Assembly (NCBI GenBank): GCA_051652765.1 | Contig: JBOFUV010000050.1 | Span: forward strand, 1 to 50,593 | Source: Microcoleaceae cyanobacterium | Lineage (GTDB): Bacteria > Cyanobacteriota > Cyanobacteriia > Cyanobacteriales > Microcoleaceae | Direction: 5' to 3' | Length of the DNA stretch: 50,593 nt | Shown here: in pieces, positions 27,838-38,241 of the stretch | Layout: every line of letters begins with the position of its first letter | Position numbering within the stretch: position 1 is the first letter of the stretch | Position numbers and translations under genes: made by a program | The notes under the pieces: generated by a model | Seen by the model: the letters and a program-made list of their open reading frames with translations, nothing else | The model's database searches: none | What the model was told of the DNA's origin: nothing

Positions 27838-28734
27838 ATGCCTGAATCCTCAGTCTCGTCAACCTTTCATATTCCAGTCCTGAGTCAAGAATTGATTGCA
27901 GGGCTAGAGATTCAACCTGGAGGGCATTATCTAGATGCAACAGTTGGGGGCGGAGGCCATAGTTTGTTAATGCTTCAGGCTGCACCGGGGGTTCAAGTCA
28001 TGGCTCTTGACCAAGATGAACAAGCGATCGCGGCGACTCGTCAACGGCTTGAAACCGTTGATCCCAAGTTATTAGAACGCATTCAGTTCTGGCAGGGGAA
28101 TTTTGCCAGTTACCAGCCGGGGGCCGTCCGGTTTAGTGGAATTATTGCGGACTTGGGAGTGAACTCAAATCAGTTGAACACACCGGAGCGGGGGTTTAGT
28201 TTCCGGCATACTGCTCCCTTGGATATGCGGATGAACCAACAGCAAGCATTGACCGCAGCGGAAATTGTGAATACCTGGGACGAGGTGAAATTAGCGAATT
28301 TATTCTACACCTACGGCGAGGAACGATTATCGCGACGGATTGCGCGACAAGTGCTAGCCCAGCGCCCATTTCAAACCACCACGGAGCTGGCAGAGGCCAT
28401 TTCTCGCTGTGTTCCCCCGAAGTATCGCTACGGTCGCATTCATCCGGCAACCCGTGTGTTTCAATCCCTAAGAATTGCAGTGAATCAGGAGTTGAAAGCT
28501 TTAGAAACGTTCTTGCAAACGGCCCCCCAGTGGTTAAGACCGGGCGGGAAAATTGGCATCATTAGCTTTCATAGTCTAGAAGATCGACTGGTGAAGCAGG
28601 CATTTAAAAACTCTGAAGGGTTGAAGATTCTGACGAAGAAACCGATTCAACCCACCAATGATGAAATTGTCCAAAATCCTCGGGCTCGTTCTGCTAAACT
28701 CAGGCTAGCTGAGCATCTAACCTTAAGCGGATAG
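27838..28734 (+). CDS. rsmH: 16S rRNA m4C1402 methyltransferase
   Basis: [43 protein letters not shown]. Confidence 0.96.
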   Translation: MPESSVSSTFHIPVLSQELIAGLEIQPGGHYLDATVGGGGHSLLMLQAAPGVQVMALDQDEQAIAATRQRLETVDPKLLERIQFWQGNFASYQPGAVRFSGIIADLGVNSNQLNTPERGFSFRHTAPLDMRMNQQQALTAAEIVNTWDEVKLANLFYTYGEERLSRRIARQVLAQRPFQTTTELAEAISRCVPPKYRYGRIHPATRVFQSLRIAVNQELKALETFLQTAPQWLRPGGKIGIISFHSLEDRLVKQAFKNSEGLKILTKKPIQPTNDEIVQNPRARSAKLRLAEHLTLSG

Positions 28735-28735
28735 T

Positions 28736-30424
28736 ATGAATCCGGACAATAACTCCAAGCTGAAGTTAATGATTGTCGATGACGAACCTGATAATCTTGA
28801 TTTACTATTCCGCACTTTTCGTCGAGACTTTCAGGTTTACTCCGCTGAGAGCGCGATCGCTGCCCTCAAAGTTCTAGATGAGTCTGGTGAGATGGCGGTG
28901 ATCATCTCGGATCAACGAATGCCTGAGATGTATGGCACAGAGTTTCTGAGTCAGATCGTGGATCGGTTTCCGGATACCATTCGGATTTTGCTGACTGGAT
29001 ATACGGACGTTGAAGATCTAGTGGATGCGATCAATGCAGGTCAGGTGTTTAAGTATATTACTAAGCCTTGGAGTCCAGAAGCGCTCAAAAATATTGTGCA
29101 ACAAGCGTCTGAAACCTATCAATTCTCCAAACAGCGGACTTATTCCCTGCGACGGGCATTGCGACGGGAATCCCTCTATAACGAGGTCGTTAGGGCATTG
29201 CGAGAGTCTCTTGACTATTCGAGTATGTTGCAGACCACGGCTCAAACCTTGGGAGACATCTTTGAAGCGACCGGGTGCTGTATTTGTGGGGTTGAGGGAG
29301 AGAGGCGATCGTCAGAAGTTTTCACCTATTCAACTGTGAAAACCGATCGAAACACTTGGCTGTCCCACTTTCATACATCAATGGACTCTGTATTGTGCTG
29401 TCAGGAGACTCAAATTATTCAAGGCTCGGAAGCACGGTTCTCTTCCCAGATCATTGTGCCTCTTACCTATCAAAATCAACTGTTGGCTGTTTTAGCGCTC
29501 TATCGAGCCGAAGATGCTGACCCTTGGACGCAAGAAGATATTCAACTGCTTCAAACTATTTCTGAGCAAGTTGCCCTAGCGTTATCCCAAGCCAAACTCT
29601 ACAAACGCACGGTTGAACTGGCAGAACAGATGCAGAGCGAACTTGAGGTTGCTCGCCAGATTCAAACAAACTTGTTGCGTCAGAGCTGGCCGGAGTTTGA
29701 TACTGTAAAAATTCAAGCCTACTGTCATCCGGCCATGGCCGTTGGGGGTGATTTTTTTGAAGTTTACATTCATCCTCAGGGCGACATCTGGTTAGCACTC
29801 GGGGATGTATCGGGGAAAGGGGTTCCTGCTGCCCTGTTCATGGCGAGTACGATCTCTGTGATTCGGCGAGAACTGTCTCAGGAGGTTTCCCCTGAGCCAG
29901 AACAGGTGATGCACAATCTCAACCGCCTGTTGTCCGATGACCTGATCAGTAATAATCGGTTTATTACAATGGTCTTGGCTCGTTACACGCCGTCAACGGG
30001 CGAGCTTGCCTATACCAATGCTGGACATATCTACCCAATGGTTTGGTCTCAAACCCTTTTAAAGACAAAGCTTCGTTCCTCTAAAAATCTGGACTTAGAG
30101 CCGAGCTACTTGAAAACGCGGGGAATTCCCCTGGGGATTTTACCGATTTGGCGGGGTCTGGGAGGCAGCCTGAACCTCCTACCGGGGGATGTGTTTCTCT
30201 TAACCAGTGATGGGATTACAGAGTCCGTCATCCAACAAGACAGTTCCGCTCCTAAAGGTGCGCCCAAACTGCTGCATCAGCAAGGATTATGGCAGCTTCT
30301 TTGTCAACAACCAGATTCCCTCGATTTAGACCAACTGTTGTCTGCGATCCGTGCCCATAACCCGGTTCAAGAGGATGATCAAACTATTCTTTCATTGGAG
30401 GTTTTACTAACCGATGAAAACTGA
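28736..30424 (+). CDS. REC-GAF-SpoIIE (PP2C) serine phosphatase
   Basis: IVDDE...SDQRMP receiver, GAF, VGGDFF, GDVSGKG, NAGH, TSDG, EDDQT. Confidence 0.92.
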   Translation: MNPDNNSKLKLMIVDDEPDNLDLLFRTFRRDFQVYSAESAIAALKVLDESGEMAVIISDQRMPEMYGTEFLSQIVDRFPDTIRILLTGYTDVEDLVDAINAGQVFKYITKPWSPEALKNIVQQASETYQFSKQRTYSLRRALRRESLYNEVVRALRESLDYSSMLQTTAQTLGDIFEATGCCICGVEGERRSSEVFTYSTVKTDRNTWLSHFHTSMDSVLCCQETQIIQGSEARFSSQIIVPLTYQNQLLAVLALYRAEDADPWTQEDIQLLQTISEQVALALSQAKLYKRTVELAEQMQSELEVARQIQTNLLRQSWPEFDTVKIQAYCHPAMAVGGDFFEVYIHPQGDIWLALGDVSGKGVPAALFMASTISVIRRELSQEVSPEPEQVMHNLNRLLSDDLISNNRFITMVLARYTPSTGELAYTNAGHIYPMVWSQTLLKTKLRSSKNLDLEPSYLKTRGIPLGILPIWRGLGGSLNLLPGDVFLLTSDGITESVIQQDSSAPKGAPKLLHQQGLWQLLCQQPDSLDLDQLLSAIRAHNPVQEDDQTILSLEVLLTDEN

Positions 30425-30848
30425 GCTTCACATTCCCAGTGATATTCGATTTTTACCTGTCGTTGAGAATTGGCTTCTGAGTAGTTTAGAGGTTGAACTC
30501 GGCGAACATATTGACTGGCCCCGACAGTCCAATCGATTTCGTTTAGTTTTGGCGGAAGCCTACTCCAACGTGATCCGCCACGCCCACAAAGATCAGCCCC
30601 AGTTACCCATTGTGATCCGCTTAGAACTCCAAGAGCAAGATGTCTCCCTGGAAGTTTGGGACTATGGACAAGGCTATGCCTTGGAGGGGTACAGTCCTCC
30701 CAATCCAGAGGATAAGCAAGAAAATGGCTATGGCTGGCTGATTATGAATCGTTTGATGGATCGAGTCAACTACTGTCTTCAGATTGATGGCCGCAACTGT
30801 TTACGACTAGAGGCTACTCTCAAGCAAGGCTATCCCAGTACTTCTTAG
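30414..30848 (+). CDS. RsbW-like anti-sigma factor Ser/Thr kinase
   Basis: EAYSNVIRHA, WDYGQG, GYGWLIM; overlaps the phosphatase stop. Confidence 0.88.
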   Translation: MKTELHIPSDIRFLPVVENWLLSSLEVELGEHIDWPRQSNRFRLVLAEAYSNVIRHAHKDQPQLPIVIRLELQEQDVSLEVWDYGQGYALEGYSPPNPEDKQENGYGWLIMNRLMDRVNYCLQIDGRNCLRLEATLKQGYPSTS

Positions 30849-30879
30849 ACCAGTACTTCTTAGACCACGACTTCTTACA
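30835..30879 (+). repeat. 15-bp tandem triplication over the rsbW-like stop
   Basis: CCAGTACTTCTTAGA x2 then CCACGACTTCTTACA. Confidence 0.8.
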
Positions 30880-30890
30880 CAAGATGCCCG

Positions 30891-31865
30891 ATGTCAGTTT
30901 CAGCAGATCAGGTTAAGCAGCAGGCTCAAGCACTGGGATTTCACAAAGTTGGGATTGCCAGGGTTGATGGTTGGGAGCAGGATTCCCAAAACAATCTACA
31001 AACTTGGCTCGATCAAGGGTATCAGGCCGAGATGGCATGGATGGAACATCCCAAGCGCCAGGAGATCCGTCAAGTGATGCCTGAAGTTCAGTCTGTGATT
31101 TGTGTGGCCCTCAATTACTACACTCCCCATCAACCCCCACAAGAGCCTGAATCCGCCAAAATTTCTCGCTACAGTTGGGGACGGGATTATCACCGGGTCA
31201 TGCATCAGAAGTTGAAGGCTTTGGCAATCTGGTTACAAGCTCAAGGAGAAGAGGTTCAAGCCCGATACTATGCGGATACAGGGCCAATTCAGGACAAGGT
31301 CTGGGCCCAGCGGGCCGGAATTGGTTGGATCGCTAAAAATAGTAATGTAATTAGCCGTGAATATGGTTCCTGGATATTTTTGGGAGAAGTCTTAACCAAC
31401 CTTTGCCTCACCCCAGATTCGCCCCATACTCAACACTGCGGCACCTGCACCCGCTGTTTAGAGGCTTGTCCAACCCAGGCAATTGTCCAACCCTTTGTTG
31501 TCGATGCCAATCGCTGTATTGCCTATCACACCATTGAGAACCGAGCCGAGGAATTGCCCAAAGATTTAGACCTAAGCGGTTGGGTTGCGGGGTGCGATAT
31601 TTGCCAGGAGGTCTGTCCCTGGAACCAACGCTTTGCTCAAGAAACTGATGTTGAAGCCTTTCAACCCTATCCTTGGAACTTAACCTCAACCTTAACAGAA
31701 CTCGCCGAACTTTCTGAAGCAGACTGGAATCAACGGTTTCCGGCCTCTGCCCTACGACGGATCAAGCCAGAAATGTGGCGGCGCAATGCCCGTGCTAATC
31801 TTCATCTCAGTCAAGAGTCATGCCTCGATTCAGATCAAAATCTCCCGACCTCCGGCATCCCCTGA
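30891..31865 (+). CDS. queG: tRNA epoxyqueuosine reductase
   Basis: [40 protein letters not shown]. Confidence 0.96.
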   Translation: MSVSADQVKQQAQALGFHKVGIARVDGWEQDSQNNLQTWLDQGYQAEMAWMEHPKRQEIRQVMPEVQSVICVALNYYTPHQPPQEPESAKISRYSWGRDYHRVMHQKLKALAIWLQAQGEEVQARYYADTGPIQDKVWAQRAGIGWIAKNSNVISREYGSWIFLGEVLTNLCLTPDSPHTQHCGTCTRCLEACPTQAIVQPFVVDANRCIAYHTIENRAEELPKDLDLSGWVAGCDICQEVCPWNQRFAQETDVEAFQPYPWNLTSTLTELAELSEADWNQRFPASALRRIKPEMWRRNARANLHLSQESCLDSDQNLPTSGIP

Positions 31866-31966
31866 TTTAAAACAGCAATGTGCCAGCGCGGGTTAAAGCC
31901 CACACCACAAGCGTTTTTGACAAGGGAAAATATGAAGGTGAGACATTTAGCATTAGGCAAACAATA

Positions 31967-33343
31967 ATGCACAACATTCTAAGCAGGCAATGGCTGAAAT
32001 CCTTCATGCGGAATCGATTGCAGCCGTTACTGCAAACTCCGGATAGTCGCGGCGTTGCTGATTACGATCTGTGGCAACATCAATTTATGTATCAACGGCT
32101 GAAATTGGGATTGTGGCTGGCGATCGCCTCTTATCTGACCTTTACCCTCAACCAATTATTCAATGGGTTATTCTATCCAGAAGACTTTCGATCAGGCTGG
32201 TTAATAACCCAAGTTTCAGTGGAGTGTTTGTTGCTCATTACCCAAGGATTGTTGCATAGTTCCTGGGGTCGAAAGCATCCGGGTGTCATTTTTCTATTGT
32301 TTTCCTGGATTGTCACCCTCAGTTCCCAAGTTCGGGCAACATTTGATGGTGTTGCCCGACCTTCAATTATTGAATGGCCCTTAATGTTTTTCGCCCAAGC
32401 CACCTTGGTTCCGATTCATTGGCAATTACATTTGATCTCACAACTCGGTGTTTTCGTCTACTATCTCAGCACTCAAATCATTCTGAATTTACCTCTAGAA
32501 CTCCCGACTCCGTGGATGACTCCTGGTTTTTTAAAATTGTATTTTTTCTGGATTTGTTCCATTAGTAATTTATCAGTTTACCTCTATGACCGATTAGCTC
32601 GAGTTCAATTCAACTCGAACCATGCTTTAGAAACTGCTTATGAACAATTAGAAACAGCCTATGATCAAGTCAAGATCGAACAAGAACGATCCGAGTCTTT
32701 ATTGCTGAATATTCTGCCTCATTCTATTGCCCAACGCTTAAAACAACAACCGACTACTATTGCCGACAGTTTTACCCATGCCGCCGTTTTATTTGGAGAT
32801 ATTGTTGGCTTTACCGAACTCTCTGGAAAGATGGCACCCGATCAATTAGTGCATTTGCTCAACCAAATTTTTTCCCGCTTCGATCACCTCGCTGACCAAC
32901 ATAAACTCGAGAAAATAAAAACCATTGGTGATGCCTATATGGTAGTAGCTGGATTGCCAATTCCCCGGATAGATTATGCTGAGTCGATCGCTGATATGGC
33001 CTTAGATATGAAACAAACATTAACTCAGTTTAATGCTGAAACCGGGCAGAATTTTCAGATGCGAATTGGGATTGCAATTGGGCCTGTGATTGCAGGAGTA
33101 ATTGGGATTAAAAAGTTTATTTATGATCTCTGGGGCGATACTGTTAATATTGCCAGCCGCATGGAATCCCATGGAATTGCCAATGAAATTCAAGTCACTG
33201 AGACCACCTATAAACATTTAACGCAAAACTATCAATTTGAATGTAGAGGAATGATTTACATAAAAGGCAAGGGAAACATGATTACATACTTTTTGAAAGA
33301 GAAAAGAGTAACCCATAAAACTTTATATAGCCATCAAGAATAA
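31967..33343 (+). CDS. Membrane-bound class III adenylate/guanylate cyclase
   Basis: About six TM helices, then LFGDIVGFT, KIKTIGDAYM, YDLWGDTVNIASRMES. Start uncertain. Confidence 0.9.
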   Translation: MHNILSRQWLKSFMRNRLQPLLQTPDSRGVADYDLWQHQFMYQRLKLGLWLAIASYLTFTLNQLFNGLFYPEDFRSGWLITQVSVECLLLITQGLLHSSWGRKHPGVIFLLFSWIVTLSSQVRATFDGVARPSIIEWPLMFFAQATLVPIHWQLHLISQLGVFVYYLSTQIILNLPLELPTPWMTPGFLKLYFFWICSISNLSVYLYDRLARVQFNSNHALETAYEQLETAYDQVKIEQERSESLLLNILPHSIAQRLKQQPTTIADSFTHAAVLFGDIVGFTELSGKMAPDQLVHLLNQIFSRFDHLADQHKLEKIKTIGDAYMVVAGLPIPRIDYAESIADMALDMKQTLTQFNAETGQNFQMRIGIAIGPVIAGVIGIKKFIYDLWGDTVNIASRMESHGIANEIQVTETTYKHLTQNYQFECRGMIYIKGKGNMITYFLKEKRVTHKTLYSHQE

Positions 33344-33462
33344 CTGATGGAATGTCTGTAATTCAGGCTGCTAACTTGCGCGGACAAGATTCCTACTTCA
33401 AAGTTTACACCTTAAAGTTCAGATCTCAAAGTTCAGCCTTAAATCAGATTTCTACAGCTTCT

Positions 33463-34281
33463 TTAAAGATTGCGTTGAGTCAATAGAGCTGCTGCCAGAA
33501 AACTAATTAATTGAACTAAAACAATACTTGGCCCCGATGGCAAATCCCAAATGCCAGAGACAATCATTCCGACAACTCCACTGAATGCTCCTAGACTCGC
33601 TGAAAGGATTAAAAAAGGGACAAATTGATGACAGACTAAACGAGCAGTTGCAGCCGGAAGTACTAGAAATGAATTACCTAGTAAAACCCCTACTGATCGG
33701 ATGGTTAAAGCCACAGTTAGAGATAATAAAATGATGAAAATATAGCGATGTCTCTGAACTAAAATCCCTTGAACCTTTGCGAGATCTGGATTAAATGTCA
33801 GTAAAATTTGTTCTGGAAGCGTCCAGAGTAAACCGAAAACAACTAGACTCAATAATACACCTAATAAAGCCAGATCCAAGTTGCTAATTGCTAAAATATC
33901 TCCAAACAAAATAGATAAAAGATTGCCTCGATACCCTTGAATTAAAGTAAATCCAATCGTTCCAATTGCCACTGATCCAGCAACAATCACGCCCAAAACC
34001 GTATCACTACCCAGGTCAGTATTATCGATCAGATATAAAACAACGACTCCAGTGAAAACCAAAAAGACAATCAAGGAAATAGTCATTGGAATCTGAAATA
34101 ACACACTCAGAATGACTGCAATCAAGGCCGTATGACCCAGACAGTTTCCAAACATTGAAAACTGCCGCAAAACCACAAAAGCACCCAGTAATCCCCCCAG
34201 CGCACCTAAGAGAATCCCCCCAGCGATCGCCCGCTGCATAAAGGGAAAACTAAAGAGTTCTAACCACTCTAAATGAATCAT
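33463..34281 (-). CDS. znuB: Zn/Mn ABC transporter permease
   Basis: FMQRA, LFGDILAI, LPSGPSIV; hydrophobic throughout. Confidence 0.88.
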   Translation of the reverse strand: MIHLEWLELFSFPFMQRAIAGGILLGALGGLLGAFVVLRQFSMFGNCLGHTALIAVILSVLFQIPMTISLIVFLVFTGVVVLYLIDNTDLGSDTVLGVIVAGSVAIGTIGFTLIQGYRGNLLSILFGDILAISNLDLALLGVLLSLVVFGLLWTLPEQILLTFNPDLAKVQGILVQRHRYIFIILLSLTVALTIRSVGVLLGNSFLVLPAATARLVCHQFVPFLILSASLGAFSGVVGMIVSGIWDLPSGPSIVLVQLISFLAAALLTQRNL

Positions 34282-35045
34282 AATTCCAGGTAGTTATTCA
34301 TCCCAAGATGATGATGAAAATATCGAGTCGATGTAGCACCATAAACTCGACTCAAGTTTTGATCTGACAAAATCGTACCCGGTTCTCCTTGACAGATAAT
34401 TCGACGATTCAAACATAAGACATGATCACAATAGCGACTCACCATATCTAAATCATGGGAAATTTGTAGAATCGCAAATCTTTGTTCTTTCTGTAGTTGA
34501 ATCAATAGCTTTGAAAATTCTGCTTCTCCAGCTATATCAACTTCAGACATTGCTTCATCAAGAATCAATAATTGACGGGGAATAACCAAACAATACGCCA
34601 GCAAAACTCGCTTTAATTCTCCACCACTTAAAGTACCAATCGGTTGCTTAGCTTGATGCTCTAAATTTGCATTCACTAAGGCCGTTTGAACAGCAATTTG
34701 TCGCTGTCTACCTTGAAAAAAGAGCTGTCTAGGAAGGGCCAAACTCACAAGTTCTGCAACAGTTAAGGGAAAGCTCCGTTCAAAGGTAAATCTCTGGGGG
34801 AGATAGCCAATACTTTGCTGATACTTTCCCAATTGGTTAATCCTTCTTCCCAGAATTTCAACCTCGCCAGATTGATAGGGAATTAATCCTAAGATTGCTT
34901 GAATTAATGTACTTTTTCCGGCTCCATTTGGCCCGACAATTGCTACATTTGCACCTGAAAAAAGTTGAAAACAAACATCTTCAACTGCAGTGTACGTTCC
35001 TCGAACAACGGTTAAATGGCTAACACTAAGAATAGGTTGAGCCAT
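34278..35045 (-). CDS. znuC: Zn/Mn ABC transporter ATPase
   Basis: GPNGAGKST, YLPQ, LSGGE, ILDE, SHD, C-terminal His run. Confidence 0.9.
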   Translation of the reverse strand: MAQPILSVSHLTVVRGTYTAVEDVCFQLFSGANVAIVGPNGAGKSTLIQAILGLIPYQSGEVEILGRRINQLGKYQQSIGYLPQRFTFERSFPLTVAELVSLALPRQLFFQGRQRQIAVQTALVNANLEHQAKQPIGTLSGGELKRVLLAYCLVIPRQLLILDEAMSEVDIAGEAEFSKLLIQLQKEQRFAILQISHDLDMVSRYCDHVLCLNRRIICQGEPGTILSDQNLSRVYGATSTRYFHHHLGMNNYLEL

Positions 35046-35053
35046 AAAATGCT

Positions 35054-36103
35054 CTAACTCCCTGACTTGCATACATCCTCTAAATTTTGCAGATTGCTTT
35101 GCATCGCAGTGAAATAATATTGTGGATCTAGAGGGCCTGTTTCAAGCGGATCTAGGGTTTTGATCGGGAGTCCAACATCATTGGAAATTTGATTTAATCG
35201 GCTATCATCTACGCCAATTTCTGACACCAACGCCTTGACTTGATATTCGTTAACCGCATTGACCACCCGCTGGAGATCTTGTGGAGTAAAGCTGTCTTCT
35301 GGTAGCTCAACAACCGCCATCTGTTGCAAGTCATACCGTTTGGCCAGGTAGGGATAGGCATCATGGAGCGCAATAAACCGACAGCCTGGATTTGAGGCCA
35401 AGCGAGTTTTAAAGTCTTGGTCGAGTTGTTGCAGTTTTTGGAGATAGTCCTCGGCATTTTTTCGATAGCGTTCGGCGTTGGCCGGATCTGCCGCAATTAA
35501 ACCCTCACGAATGTTAATCACTTGTTGTTGAGCCAGGACGGGATCAAGCCAAATATGAGGGTTGCCTGCTTCATGGGAATGGCCCTCACCTGCACTGTGT
35601 TCGCCCTCAGTCTGTTCGCCTTCGGTGGGTTCGTCTTCGGTGTGCCCATGATCATGATCTCCCTGGAGAGGTGCAATTCCTTTGCTGGCATCAATCTGTT
35701 GCAGTTGAGGGTTTCCGGCATTGGCAATCAGTTGATCCAAAAATTCTTCTGCGCCCAAACCATTTTTGATCAGAACCTGAGCTTGAGCCAGGGCAGCAGT
35801 GCTATTGGGGGAAGCTTGATAATCATGGAAGCTAATGCTAGGAGGCACCAACAACTCAATCTGAGCCTCGGTTCCGGCAACGCCTCTGGTAAAAAAATAC
35901 ATCGGCAGGATCGTGACAACAATTTTGGGATCGGAGGTTGCCGGGGTAGTTTGAGTCGATTCTGGTTCGGGGGCAGCAGTCTGAATGCGTTCTGGCACTA
36001 ATTCTGACGCTGACTCGGGCGCTTTTGTACAACTTCCAGCGGATACAGCAACGACGACACTGAGAGTCCAGAAGAGAGCACGATAAGTTCGGTTAGGAGT
36101 CAT
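35054..36103 (-). CDS. znuA: Zn ABC transporter substrate-binding lipoprotein
   Basis: Lipobox-like AGSC, HDY, His/acid-rich loop, NPHIWLDP, HDAYPY. Confidence 0.9.
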   Translation of the reverse strand: MTPNRTYRALFWTLSVVVAVSAGSCTKAPESASELVPERIQTAAPEPESTQTTPATSDPKIVVTILPMYFFTRGVAGTEAQIELLVPPSISFHDYQASPNSTAALAQAQVLIKNGLGAEEFLDQLIANAGNPQLQQIDASKGIAPLQGDHDHGHTEDEPTEGEQTEGEHSAGEGHSHEAGNPHIWLDPVLAQQQVINIREGLIAADPANAERYRKNAEDYLQKLQQLDQDFKTRLASNPGCRFIALHDAYPYLAKRYDLQQMAVVELPEDSFTPQDLQRVVNAVNEYQVKALVSEIGVDDSRLNQISNDVGLPIKTLDPLETGPLDPQYYFTAMQSNLQNLEDVCKSGS

Positions 36104-36181
36104 GGGTTCTGGTAATATCCTGCGGGGAGGAATATCAAATCTGCACTCTCGTCAATGACTGGGGAGTGCTGAATGTAATAT

Positions 36182-36196
36182 TGGTAATGATTATCA
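36182..36196. promoter_or_regulatory. Zur box upstream of znuA
   Basis: TGGTAATGATTATCA, one mismatch from the 7-1-7 palindrome TGATAAT-N-ATTATCA, 79 bp upstream of znuA. Confidence 0.8.
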
Positions 36197-36209
36197 TTCT
36201 AACAAATCT

Positions 36210-36791
36210 ATGGTGATTTCTGGCACTGATTCCGACACCGAGCATCTCTTCTATATTGCTCTCCTCCCACCTCAGGGGATTCAAGGGCAAGCGATCCAAA
36301 TCCAACAGGAGTTTGTTCAGCACTATCAAAGTCGGGGTGCTCTCAAGTCGCCGCCCCATGTGACGCTATATCCGCCATTCAAGTGGTTGCAGAAGGATTG
36401 GCAACGTTTGGCAGACTGTTTGCAGAAATTTGTTCAAACTCGAGAAGCAATTTCTATAGCGCTGTCTGGGTTTGGAGCCTTTCCTCCTCGGGTAATTTAT
36501 CTCAATGTTGTGAAAACACCGGAGTTACTCCAGCTTCAACAAGATCTGATGGAATGCCTGGAAACAGAGTTGAGTCTTGTCGATGAACCCGCTCAGAAAC
36601 GGCCTTTTTCTCCTCACATGACAGTTGCCTATCGGGATTTAACTCAAGATAATTTCAAGATTGCTTGGCCAAAGTTCAAGCAGCAAGAATTTCAGGCTGA
36701 GTTCATTGTTTCTGAACTAACACTGCTGATTTTATCGGGACAGATCTGGCAGATCCAATCTGAGTTTATGTTCAAACTTGACCCCAAGTGA
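36210..36791 (+). CDS. 2H phosphoesterase (2'-5' RNA ligase family)
   Basis: Two HxT motifs: PHVTL and PHMTV. Confidence 0.88.
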   Translation: MVISGTDSDTEHLFYIALLPPQGIQGQAIQIQQEFVQHYQSRGALKSPPHVTLYPPFKWLQKDWQRLADCLQKFVQTREAISIALSGFGAFPPRVIYLNVVKTPELLQLQQDLMECLETELSLVDEPAQKRPFSPHMTVAYRDLTQDNFKIAWPKFKQQEFQAEFIVSELTLLILSGQIWQIQSEFMFKLDPK

Positions 36792-36903
36792 TGAGTTTGA
36801 TAGGGAGACATGGTTTCTGACACACTAAAGGGGTGGAACTTCGTCCCCAAGGAGGAGCATTGCCCGTTTGCCCCCTTCTTACCAATCATTAGAACTGCTA
36901 CAT

Positions 36904-36945
36904 TAAATTGAAACTGATAAATTGAAACTGATAAATTGGAACTGA
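36904..36945 (+). repeat. 14-bp tandem triplication
   Basis: TAAATTGAAACTGA x2 then TAAATTGGAACTGA. Confidence 0.8.
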
Positions 36946-36972
36946 TCAACTAGAGCTGTTGAAGTTGGAATT

Positions 36973-37908
36973 ATGGGATCTATTTCAGTCATTGTGCCGA
37001 TTTACAACGGTGAGGATGACTTGCCTGAATTGATCAGTTGCCTGCGATCGCAAACCTGTCCTAGCAATCAGGTTGAGTATTTATTAGTGGACAACAACAG
37101 TCAAGATCGAACCGCTAAAATCCTCCAGGAAATTGCTGAAACAGAGTCTCAGATTCAATTGACTCCTCTGGTCGAAAATCAGATCCAAAGCTCCTACGCC
37201 GCTCGCAATACTGGAATTCGCGCTGCCCAAGGGGAATTTTTGGCCTTCACAGATGCCGACTGTCGTCCAGAACCCCAGTGGCTAGCTGAACTGATCAAAC
37301 CTTTTGCAATTGACCCGAATTTAGGGATTGTTGTCGGAGAAATAGTTGCCCTACCTGGTTCGACTCTCTTGGAGCAACACGCCGATCGTCAAGATACCCT
37401 GTCTCAAAAACACACCTTGGCTCATTCGTTCTATCCCTACGGACAAACCGCAAACTTAGCCATTCGGCGGTCAATCTTAGAACAGGTGGGATTATTCAGA
37501 CCCTATCTGACGACTGGAGGAGATGCAGACTTGTGTTGGCGGATTCAACGCCAAACAACTTGTAAACTCCACTTTGCAGAACAGGCGATCGTCAAGCATC
37601 ACCATCGCACAACCCTCAAAGCGCTTCGCAGTCAGTGGCGACGGTATGGAGAATCCAATCGCTATCTCCACGAACTTCACAGCGTTGCCCTCATGCCAGA
37701 ACTGGAGGTCAAGGAGTATCTTTATCGCCTAGGACGTTGGTTACTCAAAGAGGTACCAACCACAGGTGTGAAGATGATTTCAGGCCAAGCCGATTGGGTG
37801 GACTTGCTGAGTACCCCGATTGGATTGTTAAATGTTCAGGCTCGTGCCCAAGGACAACGACAGGCGCAGTTGCCCGCTCAAGCTCTCGAAATTGCCCAGT
37901 TTGATTGA
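36973..37908 (+). CDS. Glycosyltransferase family 2
   Basis: SVIVPIYN, VDNNSQD, AARNTG, FTDADC, GGDADL. Confidence 0.92.
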   Translation: MGSISVIVPIYNGEDDLPELISCLRSQTCPSNQVEYLLVDNNSQDRTAKILQEIAETESQIQLTPLVENQIQSSYAARNTGIRAAQGEFLAFTDADCRPEPQWLAELIKPFAIDPNLGIVVGEIVALPGSTLLEQHADRQDTLSQKHTLAHSFYPYGQTANLAIRRSILEQVGLFRPYLTTGGDADLCWRIQRQTTCKLHFAEQAIVKHHHRTTLKALRSQWRRYGESNRYLHELHSVALMPELEVKEYLYRLGRWLLKEVPTTGVKMISGQADWVDLLSTPIGLLNVQARAQGQRQAQLPAQALEIAQFD

Positions 37909-38241
37909 AGGCGATTCCCCCTCCAACTGAAGGAAGTGAAGCGAAGATCTTTCAGGGGGCGTAGGTTCAGCATCCAGTCCGTCACTTCTGCTGATTCAGG
38001 GTGGCTACACCAACCCATTAAATCCTCGGCAAACCTCCGCTTAAGTCAGAATCCTAAGCTATAGTTGATCTGAGCTTTAGTTGATTGAGGGCTATGGTCA
38101 CAGGGCTAGCTTTGTCAAAATCAAGACATGTAGGTTGATTGCAAAACATTGAGAAAGTCCGTCTCCTTATCCCCAGATTCTTTATAATTCAACTATTTCG
38201 TTGTAGTCTGTTCTGTTTTAGCAGCCAGGAGAACTCAACCG

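Noticed and set aside
37909..38241. c-di-GMP riboswitch upstream of pilT
   Set aside because: GGCAAACC is present but the GNRA-capped stem and the second hairpin are not.
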